This document shows, in pieces, positions 31,220 through 40,581 of a stretch of 64,000 bases of DNA. The first letter of the stretch is position 1. Each line of letters starts with the position of its first letter. A program made the position numbers and the translations under genes. The stretch is from Candidatus Magasanikiibacteriota bacterium (GTDB lineage: Bacteria > Patescibacteriota > Patescibacteriia > Magasanikbacterales > GWA2-37-8), in contig JAHFHZ010000001.1 in NCBI GenBank assembly GCA_023246715.1, positions 48,571 to 112,570 on the forward strand, read 5' to 3'. The notes under the pieces are model-generated. The model was not told the DNA's origin. It searched no databases and was given only the letters and a program-made list of their open reading frames with translations.

Positions 31220-32326
31220 TTGAAAATGTCTATGAAGCGAATTTTGTTTCTGACCGAGACAATGAATCCGACTTCTGGTTGGGGCAGGATTGCTGACGAA
31301 ATCAGCCGGCGGCTGCCTGACCATGGTTTTGAGCCGGTGGTGCTAACGGAAGACAGCTCGGGATACTTAGGCAAACCATTGTTGCGTAATTCACTGGCCT
31401 CGCTTAAATCAACGCTACTTAATAGTTGGGGCGTTCGCCCCTACGCCAAGGATGCTGTCTTGGTACACGCGCTTGATGCGTATCCGTATGGAATTATTGG
31501 CGCTTTGGCGACGCTGGGCACGCGGGTGCCGCTCGTTATGACTACGGTTGGCACCTACGCCATTATGCCGCTCGAGAATAAAAAAATCCGACCGTTTATG
31601 CTGTGGGCTTTTCGGCGAGCAAAAATGCTTTTTCCGATTGTTAATTTTACCATTGCAGAAATAGCCAAACGTGCTTCGGGGCTGCCTCCCCAAAAACGAG
31701 TGTTGCTCGGGGTAGACCCGAGCCGCTTCCAGCTCGCTCCAATCACGCCAGGCGCAGCAGCGCCAATTTTGTTGAGCGTGGGCGCTTTAAAAAAGCACAA
31801 AGGGTATCATTACGTGATACCGGCTTTGGCAATCGTGAAAAAAACCTGCCCTTTGATACGATATTGTATCGTCGGTGATACTTCGGATACGGCGTATATT
31901 GATTTTTTGAAAGGGGAAATTAAAAAATACGGCGTTGAACAGAACGTGCAAATTTTAGGTAAAATTCCGGAAGGCGAAGTATTGGATCTGTACGGGCGCT
32001 GTTTGGCGTTTGTGTTAATTCCAGAAAATCATCCGACTAATTTTGCGGGTTTCCACCTTACGTATCTGGAAGCAAATGCCATGGGCAAACCGGTCATTGG
32101 AGCGAAAGGATACGGATCGGAAGAAGCCGTCCAGGAAGGAAGAACTGGTTTTTTAATCACGCCGGAAAAGCCCGAAGAAATCGCGGCAGTTATCGGCCGC
32201 CTGATTGTTGAACCGGTTTTGCGAGCTGAGCTGCGTGAGTATTCGCGAGCTTGGGCCGAAGAACTGACGTGGGATAAAACGGTCGCCCAATATGCCGCGT
32301 ATTACCGCGCGATACTTGGAGAATAA
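31220..32326 (+). CDS. Glycosyltransferase, GT4-like
   Basis: ...FHLTYLEANAMGKPVIGAKGYGSEEAV. Confidence 0.65.
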   Translation: MKMSMKRILFLTETMNPTSGWGRIADEISRRLPDHGFEPVVLTEDSSGYLGKPLLRNSLASLKSTLLNSWGVRPYAKDAVLVHALDAYPYGIIGALATLGTRVPLVMTTVGTYAIMPLENKKIRPFMLWAFRRAKMLFPIVNFTIAEIAKRASGLPPQKRVLLGVDPSRFQLAPITPGAAAPILLSVGALKKHKGYHYVIPALAIVKKTCPLIRYCIVGDTSDTAYIDFLKGEIKKYGVEQNVQILGKIPEGEVLDLYGRCLAFVLIPENHPTNFAGFHLTYLEANAMGKPVIGAKGYGSEEAVQEGRTGFLITPEKPEEIAAVIGRLIVEPVLRAELREYSRAWAEELTWDKTVAQYAAYYRAILGE

Positions 32327-33173
32327 TTTTTTAGAAGCAATATTTTATTTAAAACAGCCTGTCGAGGCGAAAGTATACTACCAGCCTATGCCCGAAGCGC
32401 CCGTACAACCCAAGCAGAATGACTGGAATTTTCAATGGGAGAATTTTTACGATGATTCTTTGTTTTTGTTTAAGGAATGGATTTTTCCGCATACTTTGGA
32501 AACCTTCCGGGGAAAGAGCGTGGTTGATTGCGGGTGCGGCGGAGGGCAACATATTAATTTTGTCGCCCCCTTTGCCCGTCGAATTATTGGCATTGACTTG
32601 AACACCACCGCAATCGCCCGTGAACACACCGAACAGCACAGCATTGTTTCGTTTGTGGAAGGGGATTTGGCCAGCGTGAGCCTGCCCGAACAGCATGACG
32701 TGGTTTATTGCATTGGCGTTTTACAACATACCACCAACCCGGACGCCACGTTCGCGAATATAAAAAAAATGGTCGCGTCGGGGGGGCGTTTAATGATCTG
32801 GTGTTATTCCAAAGAGGGTAACTGGCCTAATTGGCTTATTTTGGAACCCTTGAAACGTTGCTTTATCCTTAAATTACCTAAACGAGCATTACTGTATTTG
32901 GCTACGGCGCTGACCGCGCTTTTGTACCCTGTTATTTATACGCTGTATTTATTGCCGCTCAGGTTTTTGCCTTATTACGAATATTTTGGTAACTGGCGTA
33001 AATTATCGTTTGGACGGAATCGATTAAATGTCTTTGACAAACTGAACGCGCCCATCACTAATTTTATTACGCGAGTTCAAGTAGAACGTTGGTTTAATCA
33101 GGCTGAATTTTCGGATATCTTTATTGATCAGTATAAAGGAGTGAGTTGGCGTGCTTCGGGTGTTAAATTGTAA
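32292..33173 (+). CDS. Class I SAM-dependent methyltransferase (alternative start at 32388)
   Basis: VVDCGCGGGQH motif I. Ends in ...LMIWCY. Confidence 0.6.
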   Translation: MPRITARYLENNFLEAIFYLKQPVEAKVYYQPMPEAPVQPKQNDWNFQWENFYDDSLFLFKEWIFPHTLETFRGKSVVDCGCGGGQHINFVAPFARRIIGIDLNTTAIAREHTEQHSIVSFVEGDLASVSLPEQHDVVYCIGVLQHTTNPDATFANIKKMVASGGRLMIWCYSKEGNWPNWLILEPLKRCFILKLPKRALLYLATALTALLYPVIYTLYLLPLRFLPYYEYFGNWRKLSFGRNRLNVFDKLNAPITNFITRVQVERWFNQAEFSDIFIDQYKGVSWRASGVKL

Positions 33174-33177
33174 AAAT

Positions 33178-34629
33178 ATGCTTGCGGCATTTCGGAATTT
33201 CTATCAAGCCCAGCGCGTGCCAATTATTTTGTTCGTGACGGCATTTGTTTTTCACGCGGCCATGTCGGCTTATTTATACTATCGTTTTGGCGATTCGGTT
33301 TTATGGTTTCAAAATGAAGACGCGCAAGGGTACGTGGAATTGGCGCGTAACGTGCTTACCGGGCGAGGTTTTACCCATGACGGCGCTGCGCTCGCGATTC
33401 GTACCCCGGCGTGGCCGTTGATGCTATCTTTAGGTTTGCTTTTGCCCGGCTCCGCAACAGCAGCAATTTTATTTTTGCAGGTTGTATTGCTGGGGGCTTC
33501 GGGTATTATAATTTATAAAATAGGTGAGTTATTTTTTTCAAAATTTGCCGGGTTAATCGCCTCGACACTCTATATTGTTGAACCTTACTTAGCGATGAAT
33601 ACGGCTTTGGCAACCACTGAAGTTTTTTTTAATTTTGGTTTATTGATAACGGTGTATTGTTTTGGACGTTGGTATCTTCGGCGCGACTCCCAGGCTTGGC
33701 TGGCTGCTTCGGGGCTTTGGCTGGGACTTTGTATTCTTATTCGGCCAGTGGCCTTGTATCTGCCGTTTTTATTTTTGATTTTTATCATCATTCGCCTCCT
33801 GTATTTTAAAAAGAGCACTCTGTCATTACTGGTTAGTTTGTTTATCCTAAGCGCCACTACCACATTGGTGGTGGCGCCATGGTCGATTCGCCAGTATATC
33901 CGTTTTGGTACTCCGCGCATTACCAATATTGACGCGATGTTATTATACTTTCGGGTGGCGCCGCTGGTTATCGGCGCTGAACAAGGCATTAGCTATAACG
34001 CGGCGATTCAGCAGTTGCACGGCGAATTGGAGCGTTCGGTTGAGCTTTATAATCCTGATGATTTAAATGCTAATTTTGTTCATTATGAATTCATGAGCGC
34101 AAGAGTGGCGGAATTGGTTCGTCAACGCCCAGATGTGGTAGCAAAAAGTTATTTGGCTTCAATGGTACCGGCCCTGTTTGGTACGGGTTACGAATATATG
34201 TTGGAAGAAGTGCTTGGTTTAGAGCGCGCCACGCAACGCCCCAGCTACTCCGCGCTGTTAGCTCGGGGAGATTTCGCTGCTTATTTTAGGGCTCTTCGCC
34301 AAATCGATATTTTTCAAGCTGTTTTATTAACTGGCGCGCTGTTGTGGATGGCTGCTTACGTATTTATTGTTTATTACGTAACCCGCAGGTTTGTTTGGAG
34401 AGAACGTTTTTTGAGTTTAGTGCTGCTCGGAGGCCTGCTTGGTTATTTTGTTTTTTTTGCGTTGGGCCCTGCCAGCCACGCCCGTTATCGCTTACCTACA
34501 TTTCCGTGGTGGTTTCTACTTATTGGCGCCAGCCTTGATTTTATTAAGCAAAAGCGTATACTAGGCTCACGCAAAGAGGCTGCTTCTTTTGGCCTTAATA
34601 AGCCTTTTATCCCCGGCCAGACCCCTTAA
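33178..34629 (+). CDS. Polytopic GT-C membrane glycosyltransferase (ArnT/PMT-like)
   Basis: Loop-1 motif ...DAQGYVELARNVLTGRGF and about 12 TM helices. Immediately followed by a DPM1-like GT2. Confidence 0.6.
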   Translation: MLAAFRNFYQAQRVPIILFVTAFVFHAAMSAYLYYRFGDSVLWFQNEDAQGYVELARNVLTGRGFTHDGAALAIRTPAWPLMLSLGLLLPGSATAAILFLQVVLLGASGIIIYKIGELFFSKFAGLIASTLYIVEPYLAMNTALATTEVFFNFGLLITVYCFGRWYLRRDSQAWLAASGLWLGLCILIRPVALYLPFLFLIFIIIRLLYFKKSTLSLLVSLFILSATTTLVVAPWSIRQYIRFGTPRITNIDAMLLYFRVAPLVIGAEQGISYNAAIQQLHGELERSVELYNPDDLNANFVHYEFMSARVAELVRQRPDVVAKSYLASMVPALFGTGYEYMLEEVLGLERATQRPSYSALLARGDFAAYFRALRQIDIFQAVLLTGALLWMAAYVFIVYYVTRRFVWRERFLSLVLLGGLLGYFVFFALGPASHARYRLPTFPWWFLLIGASLDFIKQKRILGSRKEAASFGLNKPFIPGQTP

Positions 34630-34634
34630 TTTAT

Positions 34635-35486
34635 ATGCAAAAAATTTCAGTTATTCTGCCTGCTTACAATGAAGAATTGGGGATTGCTAAAGTTCTTTCT
34701 CGGCTTAAGGAAGTTTTGGCTAACGCCCCAGATTCGGAAATACTGGTTGTTAATGATGGGTCAACAGACGCCACGGCCAGCATTGCCATGGCCCATGGAG
34801 CGCGGGTAATTTCTAATCCAACCAACATGGGTTATGGATTTTCGTTGAAGCGTGGTTTTGTGGCCGCGGTTAACGAATGCGTGGTGATTACCGATGCGGA
34901 TGGCACGTATCCAATTGAGCGTTTGCCGGATTTAGTCGCTGAATTTGATAAGGGCTTGGATTTGGTGGTGGGCGCGCGCCAGGGTGCCAATTATTGGTCT
35001 AGTTGGACCAAGGGTTTTGCTCGTTTGTGCTTTAAATGGATGAGTCAATTTGTCGTGGGCAAGCGGATTCCCGATATTAATTCGGGTTTTAGAGTCATCC
35101 GCCGCAGCAAAATTGTGCCGGTTTTGAACGATCTTTCTAACGCTTTTTCATTTACCACCTCAATGACCTTGATTTTTTTCTTGAAGCATTATTTCATCCG
35201 TTATTTGCCAATTAGTTACGAACAAAGACAAGGTCGGTCTAAAGTGCACTACTTCCGCGATACATTAATCACCTTGCAGATTCTGGCCGATATTATCGCT
35301 CGCTATAACCCAATAAAATTATTTTTATTGCTGGCGTTGTTTCCTTTCGCGCTGATGTTGGTTTGTTTGGTTTTCGCGTTGGTTTGGGGGGTGTGGCTCT
35401 GGTTGCCACTGGCCTTTTTGGCCGGCTTTGGCGCGTTGTTGATTGTCGCGCTTGGTTTTATTGCCACAATTTTTAGACGCAATTAG
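34635..35486 (+). CDS. GT2 polyprenyl-phosphate glycosyltransferase (DPM1/GtrB-like) with C-terminal TM helices
   Basis: MQKISVILPAYNEELGI, VNDGSTDAT, ITDADGTYP. Two C-terminal TM helices as in GtrB. Confidence 0.75.
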   Translation: MQKISVILPAYNEELGIAKVLSRLKEVLANAPDSEILVVNDGSTDATASIAMAHGARVISNPTNMGYGFSLKRGFVAAVNECVVITDADGTYPIERLPDLVAEFDKGLDLVVGARQGANYWSSWTKGFARLCFKWMSQFVVGKRIPDINSGFRVIRRSKIVPVLNDLSNAFSFTTSMTLIFFLKHYFIRYLPISYEQRQGRSKVHYFRDTLITLQILADIIARYNPIKLFLLLALFPFALMLVCLVFALVWGVWLWLPLAFLAGFGALLIVALGFIATIFRRN

Positions 35487-35488
35487 GT

Positions 35489-35866
35489 ATGGCTGGTTCG
35501 AAGGCGCGAGCGCAGCTTGGGGTGGGAGTTGATATCGAAGAAGTTACCCGATTTACAAAACGCTCTTCCCGGGCGTTTAAATTATTTTTAAAACGTTTGT
35601 TTACTGATCAAGAATTGACCTACTGTTTCGAGCGAACTCGGACAGCGGAGCATTTAGCGGCCCGTTTCGCCGCCAAAGAAGCAATTATTAAAGCGCTGGC
35701 AATACTTGGTTTTGCCCCTCCTGATTATCAGCAGATTGAAATTAGGATGAATGGAAAGTTGCCGACGGTTTGCCTGTATGATAGTTCTTTAAAGCCGTAT
35801 CGTGTTTTAATCAGTTTGTCACATACTCGTACCTTGGCTATGGCTTTTGCAGTAATTACTGCCTAA
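35489..35866 (+). CDS. acpS: Holo-ACP synthase (4'-phosphopantetheinyl transferase)
   Basis: GVGVDIEEVTRF...FAAKEAIIKAL, 125 aa. Confidence 0.75.
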   Translation: MAGSKARAQLGVGVDIEEVTRFTKRSSRAFKLFLKRLFTDQELTYCFERTRTAEHLAARFAAKEAIIKALAILGFAPPDYQQIEIRMNGKLPTVCLYDSSLKPYRVLISLSHTRTLAMAFAVITA

Positions 35867-35870
35867 TCAT

Positions 35871-37682
35871 ATGGAAGAAATTATTCGACATGTTGAAATT
35901 AACAACCCTCAAAGCATTACTGATTATCGGCGATTGGCCCGAGAGCTGGTGGCTAACTTTGAATCATCTTGGCAGGGTGCTGTGGAATTGCGTTTAGCAG
36001 TGCTCGCGAGTTTTACCTTAAAAGGTTTGGCCGATATTTTGTTTGTGGAATGCGCTCGGCAAGGTATTAAAACTGAGGTATACCTGGGGGAATACAATCA
36101 GTACGCGCAAGAAATTTTGAATCCAACGAGCGGTTTGCATAGCTTTAAACCCTCGGCCGTGGTGCTATTTATAGATACTCAAGCGCTTTTGGGTGAAGCG
36201 TATTTCCGCCCCTACGGGAGTTTGCAGGCCGCCGACCGGCGTCTGCTTATTGATGAAAAACTTGCCGAAACGCAGCAGTACGTTCAAATACTTCGTGAAC
36301 GAACGGGCGCGGTGGTGATCGTGCATAACGCCGAGGTTCCGGGCTACTCGCCGCTGGGTATTTTGGAAGCCAAACAAGAGTTTGGAATTGTTGAAGCCGT
36401 TGAATCTTTTAACCGCCGTCTGAATGAGTTTTACAAATCAGTCAGTGATGTTTTCGTATTTGATTATAATGCCTGGTGCTCGCGGTGGGGAAAAAGCAAG
36501 CTCGTTGATTATCCTTTGTATTATTTAGGAGATTTTCGTCTCGGATTAGAGCATTTGGCAGAATTGGCCCGGGCTTATTTACATTTTATCAAACCGCTCG
36601 CGGCAAAAATTAAAAAGTGTATCGTGCTAGATCTGGACAATACGCTCTGGGGAGGGGTAGTTGGAGAAGATGGGGTGGAAGCTCTCCGGCTTGGCCCAAC
36701 CCCGGAAGGGCGGCCATTTTGGGAATTTCAAAAATATCTTTTAGCCCTTTTGGAGCGAGGAGTGATTCTGGCCATTAACAGTAAAAATAATCTCGAGGAT
36801 GCCCTGCGCGTTTTGCGCGAGCATCCGCATATGATCTTGCGCGAACAACATTTTGCCGCTCTGGCAATCAATTGGAACGACAAAGCCACTAATTTAAAAC
36901 AACTCGCCGAAGAACTCAATATCGGCTTAGATAGTCTGGTATTCATCGATGATGACGCGGCCAATCGAGCGCTTGTTCGGGAATCTTTGCCCCAGGTAGA
37001 AGTCGTGGAGCTCCCGAAAGATCCTAGCCGATACGCGTCGACCCTCAAGGATTTGAATTCTTTTCAGACCCTTAGTTTTACTACTGAAGACGCCGTTAAA
37101 GGAAAAATTTACGCTGCCGAGCGAGAACGCCGTGAATTTCAGAATGTTGCCAGCGACTTAAGCGGATTTTTACGCGGCCTCGGCATGGCTGTAACGGCGC
37201 GAGCGGCCGACGCCTTTTCTTTACCGCGTCTGGCGCAATTGACGCAAAAGACCAATCAGTTTAATCTAACCACGCGCCGCTATCGCGAAGAGCAGTTGGC
37301 TGAATTGGCCAATCGGCCAGATCGTTTGGTGCTTGGTGTTGAAGTAAAAGATCGTTTTGGTGATAACGGGTTGGTGGGAGTGGCGATAGTCGAGAAAACT
37401 CCTCAAGTTTGGAATATTGATACGTTTTTGTTGAGTTGTCGCGTAATTGGGCGGGGAGTGGAGCAAGCGTTGGTGGGTCTGCTAATCAACCGTGCCCGTG
37501 AAGCCGGTGTTGAGTTTTTAACGGGTGAGTTCATTGCCACTAGCAAAAATGCTCCGGCCAAAGATTTTTATGCCTTGAACGGTTTTAAATTGCAGTGGCA
37601 GCGAGATGGCGTGGAGAGCTGGCAATATGCGATCGAGCAGCCTTTTATAATTCCGGATTATCTTACTCTGGTAGAAAATTAA
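35871..37682 (+). CDS. HAD-IIIC/FkbH-like domain protein with a C-terminal GNAT-like fold (ACP-loading enzyme candidate)
   Basis: LDLDNTLWGGVVGEDGVE HAD motif I, FIDD motif. The C-terminus has a GNAT-like segment (VIGRGVEQALV). Confidence 0.65.
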   Translation: MEEIIRHVEINNPQSITDYRRLARELVANFESSWQGAVELRLAVLASFTLKGLADILFVECARQGIKTEVYLGEYNQYAQEILNPTSGLHSFKPSAVVLFIDTQALLGEAYFRPYGSLQAADRRLLIDEKLAETQQYVQILRERTGAVVIVHNAEVPGYSPLGILEAKQEFGIVEAVESFNRRLNEFYKSVSDVFVFDYNAWCSRWGKSKLVDYPLYYLGDFRLGLEHLAELARAYLHFIKPLAAKIKKCIVLDLDNTLWGGVVGEDGVEALRLGPTPEGRPFWEFQKYLLALLERGVILAINSKNNLEDALRVLREHPHMILREQHFAALAINWNDKATNLKQLAEELNIGLDSLVFIDDDAANRALVRESLPQVEVVELPKDPSRYASTLKDLNSFQTLSFTTEDAVKGKIYAAERERREFQNVASDLSGFLRGLGMAVTARAADAFSLPRLAQLTQKTNQFNLTTRRYREEQLAELANRPDRLVLGVEVKDRFGDNGLVGVAIVEKTPQVWNIDTFLLSCRVIGRGVEQALVGLLINRAREAGVEFLTGEFIATSKNAPAKDFYALNGFKLQWQRDGVESWQYAIEQPFIIPDYLTLVEN

Positions 37683-37689
37683 TTGCAGT

Positions 37690-37923
37690 ATGGAAAAATT
37701 ATATTCGCTAGTAGCTAAGGTGTTAGACATTGAAGCGCTTACAATTACCCCTGAAACTTCACCGGATACTGTGGAAAATTGGGATTCATTTAACGGTTTA
37801 ATGCTGGTTTCCGAGTTAGAGAATGTTTTTGGCGTTAAATTTACCATGGATGAAATTGTGGCAGTTAAAAAGGTGGGTGATATTACCGAGGCGTTGAAGC
37901 GCCACGGCGTTGAGTTGGAATAA
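37690..37923 (+). CDS. Acyl/peptidyl carrier protein
   Basis: 77 aa. The ENWDSFNGLMLVSELE segment carries the DS phosphopantetheine-attachment serine. Confidence 0.7.
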   Translation: MEKLYSLVAKVLDIEALTITPETSPDTVENWDSFNGLMLVSELENVFGVKFTMDEIVAVKKVGDITEALKRHGVELE

Positions 37924-37925
37924 GT

Positions 37926-38327
37926 ATGCGTTTTCAGGATATCGTTATCGGGAGTGTGTGTCAATTTGAACGCCAAATCAATGTGGATGACGGGCTTTCT
38001 TTTGCCAAGCTCACCGGTGATACCAACCCCTTACATACCAGCGCTGAATTTGCTGAACAGTCGCCTTTTGGGCGAACAATCGTGCACGGCTTGTTGATTG
38101 GTGGTTTGTTTTCTACTTTAGTTGGTGTGCACTGCCCGGGTGATAATTGTTTATATGTCAGCCAGACTTTACAGTTTAAAGCGCCCGTTTTTTATGGAGA
38201 CGTGGTAGTAATTCGCGGCATCGTGACCGATAAGCATGACAGTATTAGCATGGTCCGAATGAAGACAGAAGCCTTGGTGAATGGGGAAGTCAAAGTAACT
38301 GGCGAGGCGGTGGTAAAAGTGCTTTAA
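37926..38327 (+). CDS. MaoC-like (R)-specific hotdog-fold dehydratase
   Basis: FAKLTGDTNPLHTSAEFA...IVHGLL. Confidence 0.7.
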   Translation: MRFQDIVIGSVCQFERQINVDDGLSFAKLTGDTNPLHTSAEFAEQSPFGRTIVHGLLIGGLFSTLVGVHCPGDNCLYVSQTLQFKAPVFYGDVVVIRGIVTDKHDSISMVRMKTEALVNGEVKVTGEAVVKVL

Positions 38328-38339
38328 TTTTTTGAATAT

Positions 38340-39074
38340 ATGTCTGAACAAAAAACAGTGGTGGTAATCGGAGGTAGCGGCGGGATTGGTCGGGCGATCG
38401 TAGACGTTTTGATGAAAGACGAGTTTATCGTTCACGCGACTTTTTTTAGCCAAGACGAGCTTCTACATAAAGCGAGCGGGGCAGATAGATTGTTCTGGCA
38501 TAAATTAGACGCGACGGAGGCGGTGGCAGTTGCGGACTTGTGGAAGGTTATTTTGAAAACTTCGCCGACTATTAATGGGGTTGTTTTTGTCGCAACGCTG
38601 CCTACCGCATATCATCCCTTAATGAAACTGGATTGGAAAGATTTTACCGCGCATTTTAATGTTCAGGTCGGAACCTTTTTTCATACTCTGGCGGCTTTGC
38701 GCGAAAATTTGTCGGCAATCGGACCATGTCAGTTTATTCCGATTTTGACTGAGTACTGCCAAGGTCGACCCCCGGCTGGTTTAAGCGATTATGTTGCCGC
38801 TAAGATGGCTCTACAGGGTTTTGCTCGCACTATGGTGGCAGAGTTGGCCAAGTACGGTTGCCGGGTAAATATGATTTCGCCGGGGATTACGCTTACTGAA
38901 TTAACCAGTTCGCTGCCACCTAAATTTTTAGAAATTGCCGCTGAACAGAATCCGCTCAAGCGACTAGCGCAGAGCACAGACGTGGCGGCCGTGGTGAAAT
39001 TTTTATTATCTGAACAAGCGGCATACTTGAATGGCGTCAATATTCCGGTGAATGGTGGGTCGACAGTACAATAA
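38340..39074 (+). CDS. SDR family oxidoreductase (3-oxoacyl-ACP reductase-like)
   Basis: VVVIGGSGGIGRAI, YVAAKMALQG (YxxxK). Confidence 0.7.
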   Translation: MSEQKTVVVIGGSGGIGRAIVDVLMKDEFIVHATFFSQDELLHKASGADRLFWHKLDATEAVAVADLWKVILKTSPTINGVVFVATLPTAYHPLMKLDWKDFTAHFNVQVGTFFHTLAALRENLSAIGPCQFIPILTEYCQGRPPAGLSDYVAAKMALQGFARTMVAELAKYGCRVNMISPGITLTELTSSLPPKFLEIAAEQNPLKRLAQSTDVAAVVKFLLSEQAAYLNGVNIPVNGGSTVQ

Positions 39075-39100
39075 CTCATTTTGTCACGGGCTTATTTGTT

Positions 39101-40579
39101 ATGCTTTTTAATTCACTTCAATTTTTGATTTTTTTCCCGGTTGTGACCGTGCTGTATTTTGCATTACAGCATCGATTTCGCTGGATTTTATTATTATTGT
39201 CGAGCTGCTATTTTTACATGGCGTTTGTTCCCAAGTATATCTTGATCCTGTTTGCGGTTATTTTGATTGATTACTTCATGGGGTTGGCGATCGCGCGGGA
39301 ATCTAATCTGCAGAGAAAAAAGGCCTTTCTATTGATCAGCATTGTGGCCAACATAGGCATTTTGTTTGTTTTTAAATATTTTAATTTTTTTAACGCCAAC
39401 TTTACTGCCCTGGCCGAAATGATTGGCTGGAATTATCCCATCAAACATTTAGCGCTTATTTTGCCCATTGGCTTGTCTTTCCATACTTTTCAGAGCCTGA
39501 GCTATATCATTGAAGTGTACCGCGGCAATTACCCGGCCGAGCGCCGTTTAGGCATTTATGGCCTGTACGTCTTATTTTTTCCGCAACTAGTGGCCGGCCC
39601 GATTGAGCGTCCACAGCATATTTTGCCCCAGCTGCATATTGAACAACGGTTTGATTTTACGCGTGTTGCTTCTGGGTTGCGCCTCATGCTGTGGGGTTTG
39701 TTCAAGAAAATTGTCATCGCCGATAATTTAGCGGTGGTTGTATCCCAGGTGTATGATTATCCGTCACAGTTTGCGGGAGCCCATTTTATCGTAGCTACCG
39801 TCGCTTTTTCCATTCAGCTTTTTTGTGATTTTTCGGGGTACTCGGATATTGCCATCGGCAGCGCGCGTGTTCTGGGTATTCGTTTAATGCAGAATTTTAA
39901 CCGACCATATAGCGCGCCATCAATTACGGAATTTTGGAAGCGCTGGCATATTTCACTTACCAGCTGGTTTCGTGATTATGTCTATTTGCCGCTCGCGCGT
40001 TTCAAAGTAACTCCAATTTGGCTATATGCCGCGACGATTATTGTTTTTACCCTGAGTGGTTTATGGCATGGCGCTAACTGGACTTTTGTTGTTTGGGGGC
40101 TCTACCACGGAATCTATATGACTGTTTCTTTGGCTACGCGGAGGATTAGGGCGCGGATAGTTAAACTACTTCATCTTAATGCTTGGCCCCGATTACACCG
40201 AGCAATTCGAGTAGCCACAACTTTTTCGTTGGTCAGTATCTCGTTCATTTTTTTTCGAGCAACATCATTGTCCGATGCGTGGTATATGGTATCTCATTTG
40301 AGCGAAGGGTTAATGGCAACCTTTGGCTCATTGTTCAACCCGCTTAATCTTTCGGGTTTTATTGAATCCCTTGGCATTAGTCCTTTTACTTTTTTACAAG
40401 TACTGATTGCCGTGGCGCTGCTTACGACCGTTTATACTTTGAAAGCCAAGACAACAGCGTTTTTACGTTTTGATGCTGCTCCACCCTGGGTGCGTTGGAG
40501 TGTTTATAACGCGTTGATTATGTGGATTATATTTTTTGGTTACTTTGGCGAGCAACCGTTTATTTATTTTCAGTTCTAG
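39101..40579 (+). CDS. MBOAT-family membrane-bound O-acyltransferase (DltB/AlgI/PatA-like)
   Basis: 492 aa, polytopic, with the invariant-His region FWKRWHISLTSWFRDYVYLPL. Confidence 0.8.
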   Translation: MLFNSLQFLIFFPVVTVLYFALQHRFRWILLLLSSCYFYMAFVPKYILILFAVILIDYFMGLAIARESNLQRKKAFLLISIVANIGILFVFKYFNFFNANFTALAEMIGWNYPIKHLALILPIGLSFHTFQSLSYIIEVYRGNYPAERRLGIYGLYVLFFPQLVAGPIERPQHILPQLHIEQRFDFTRVASGLRLMLWGLFKKIVIADNLAVVVSQVYDYPSQFAGAHFIVATVAFSIQLFCDFSGYSDIAIGSARVLGIRLMQNFNRPYSAPSITEFWKRWHISLTSWFRDYVYLPLARFKVTPIWLYAATIIVFTLSGLWHGANWTFVVWGLYHGIYMTVSLATRRIRARIVKLLHLNAWPRLHRAIRVATTFSLVSISFIFFRATSLSDAWYMVSHLSEGLMATFGSLFNPLNLSGFIESLGISPFTFLQVLIAVALLTTVYTLKAKTTAFLRFDAAPPWVRWSVYNALIMWIIFFGYFGEQPFIYFQF

Positions 40580-40581
40580 CT

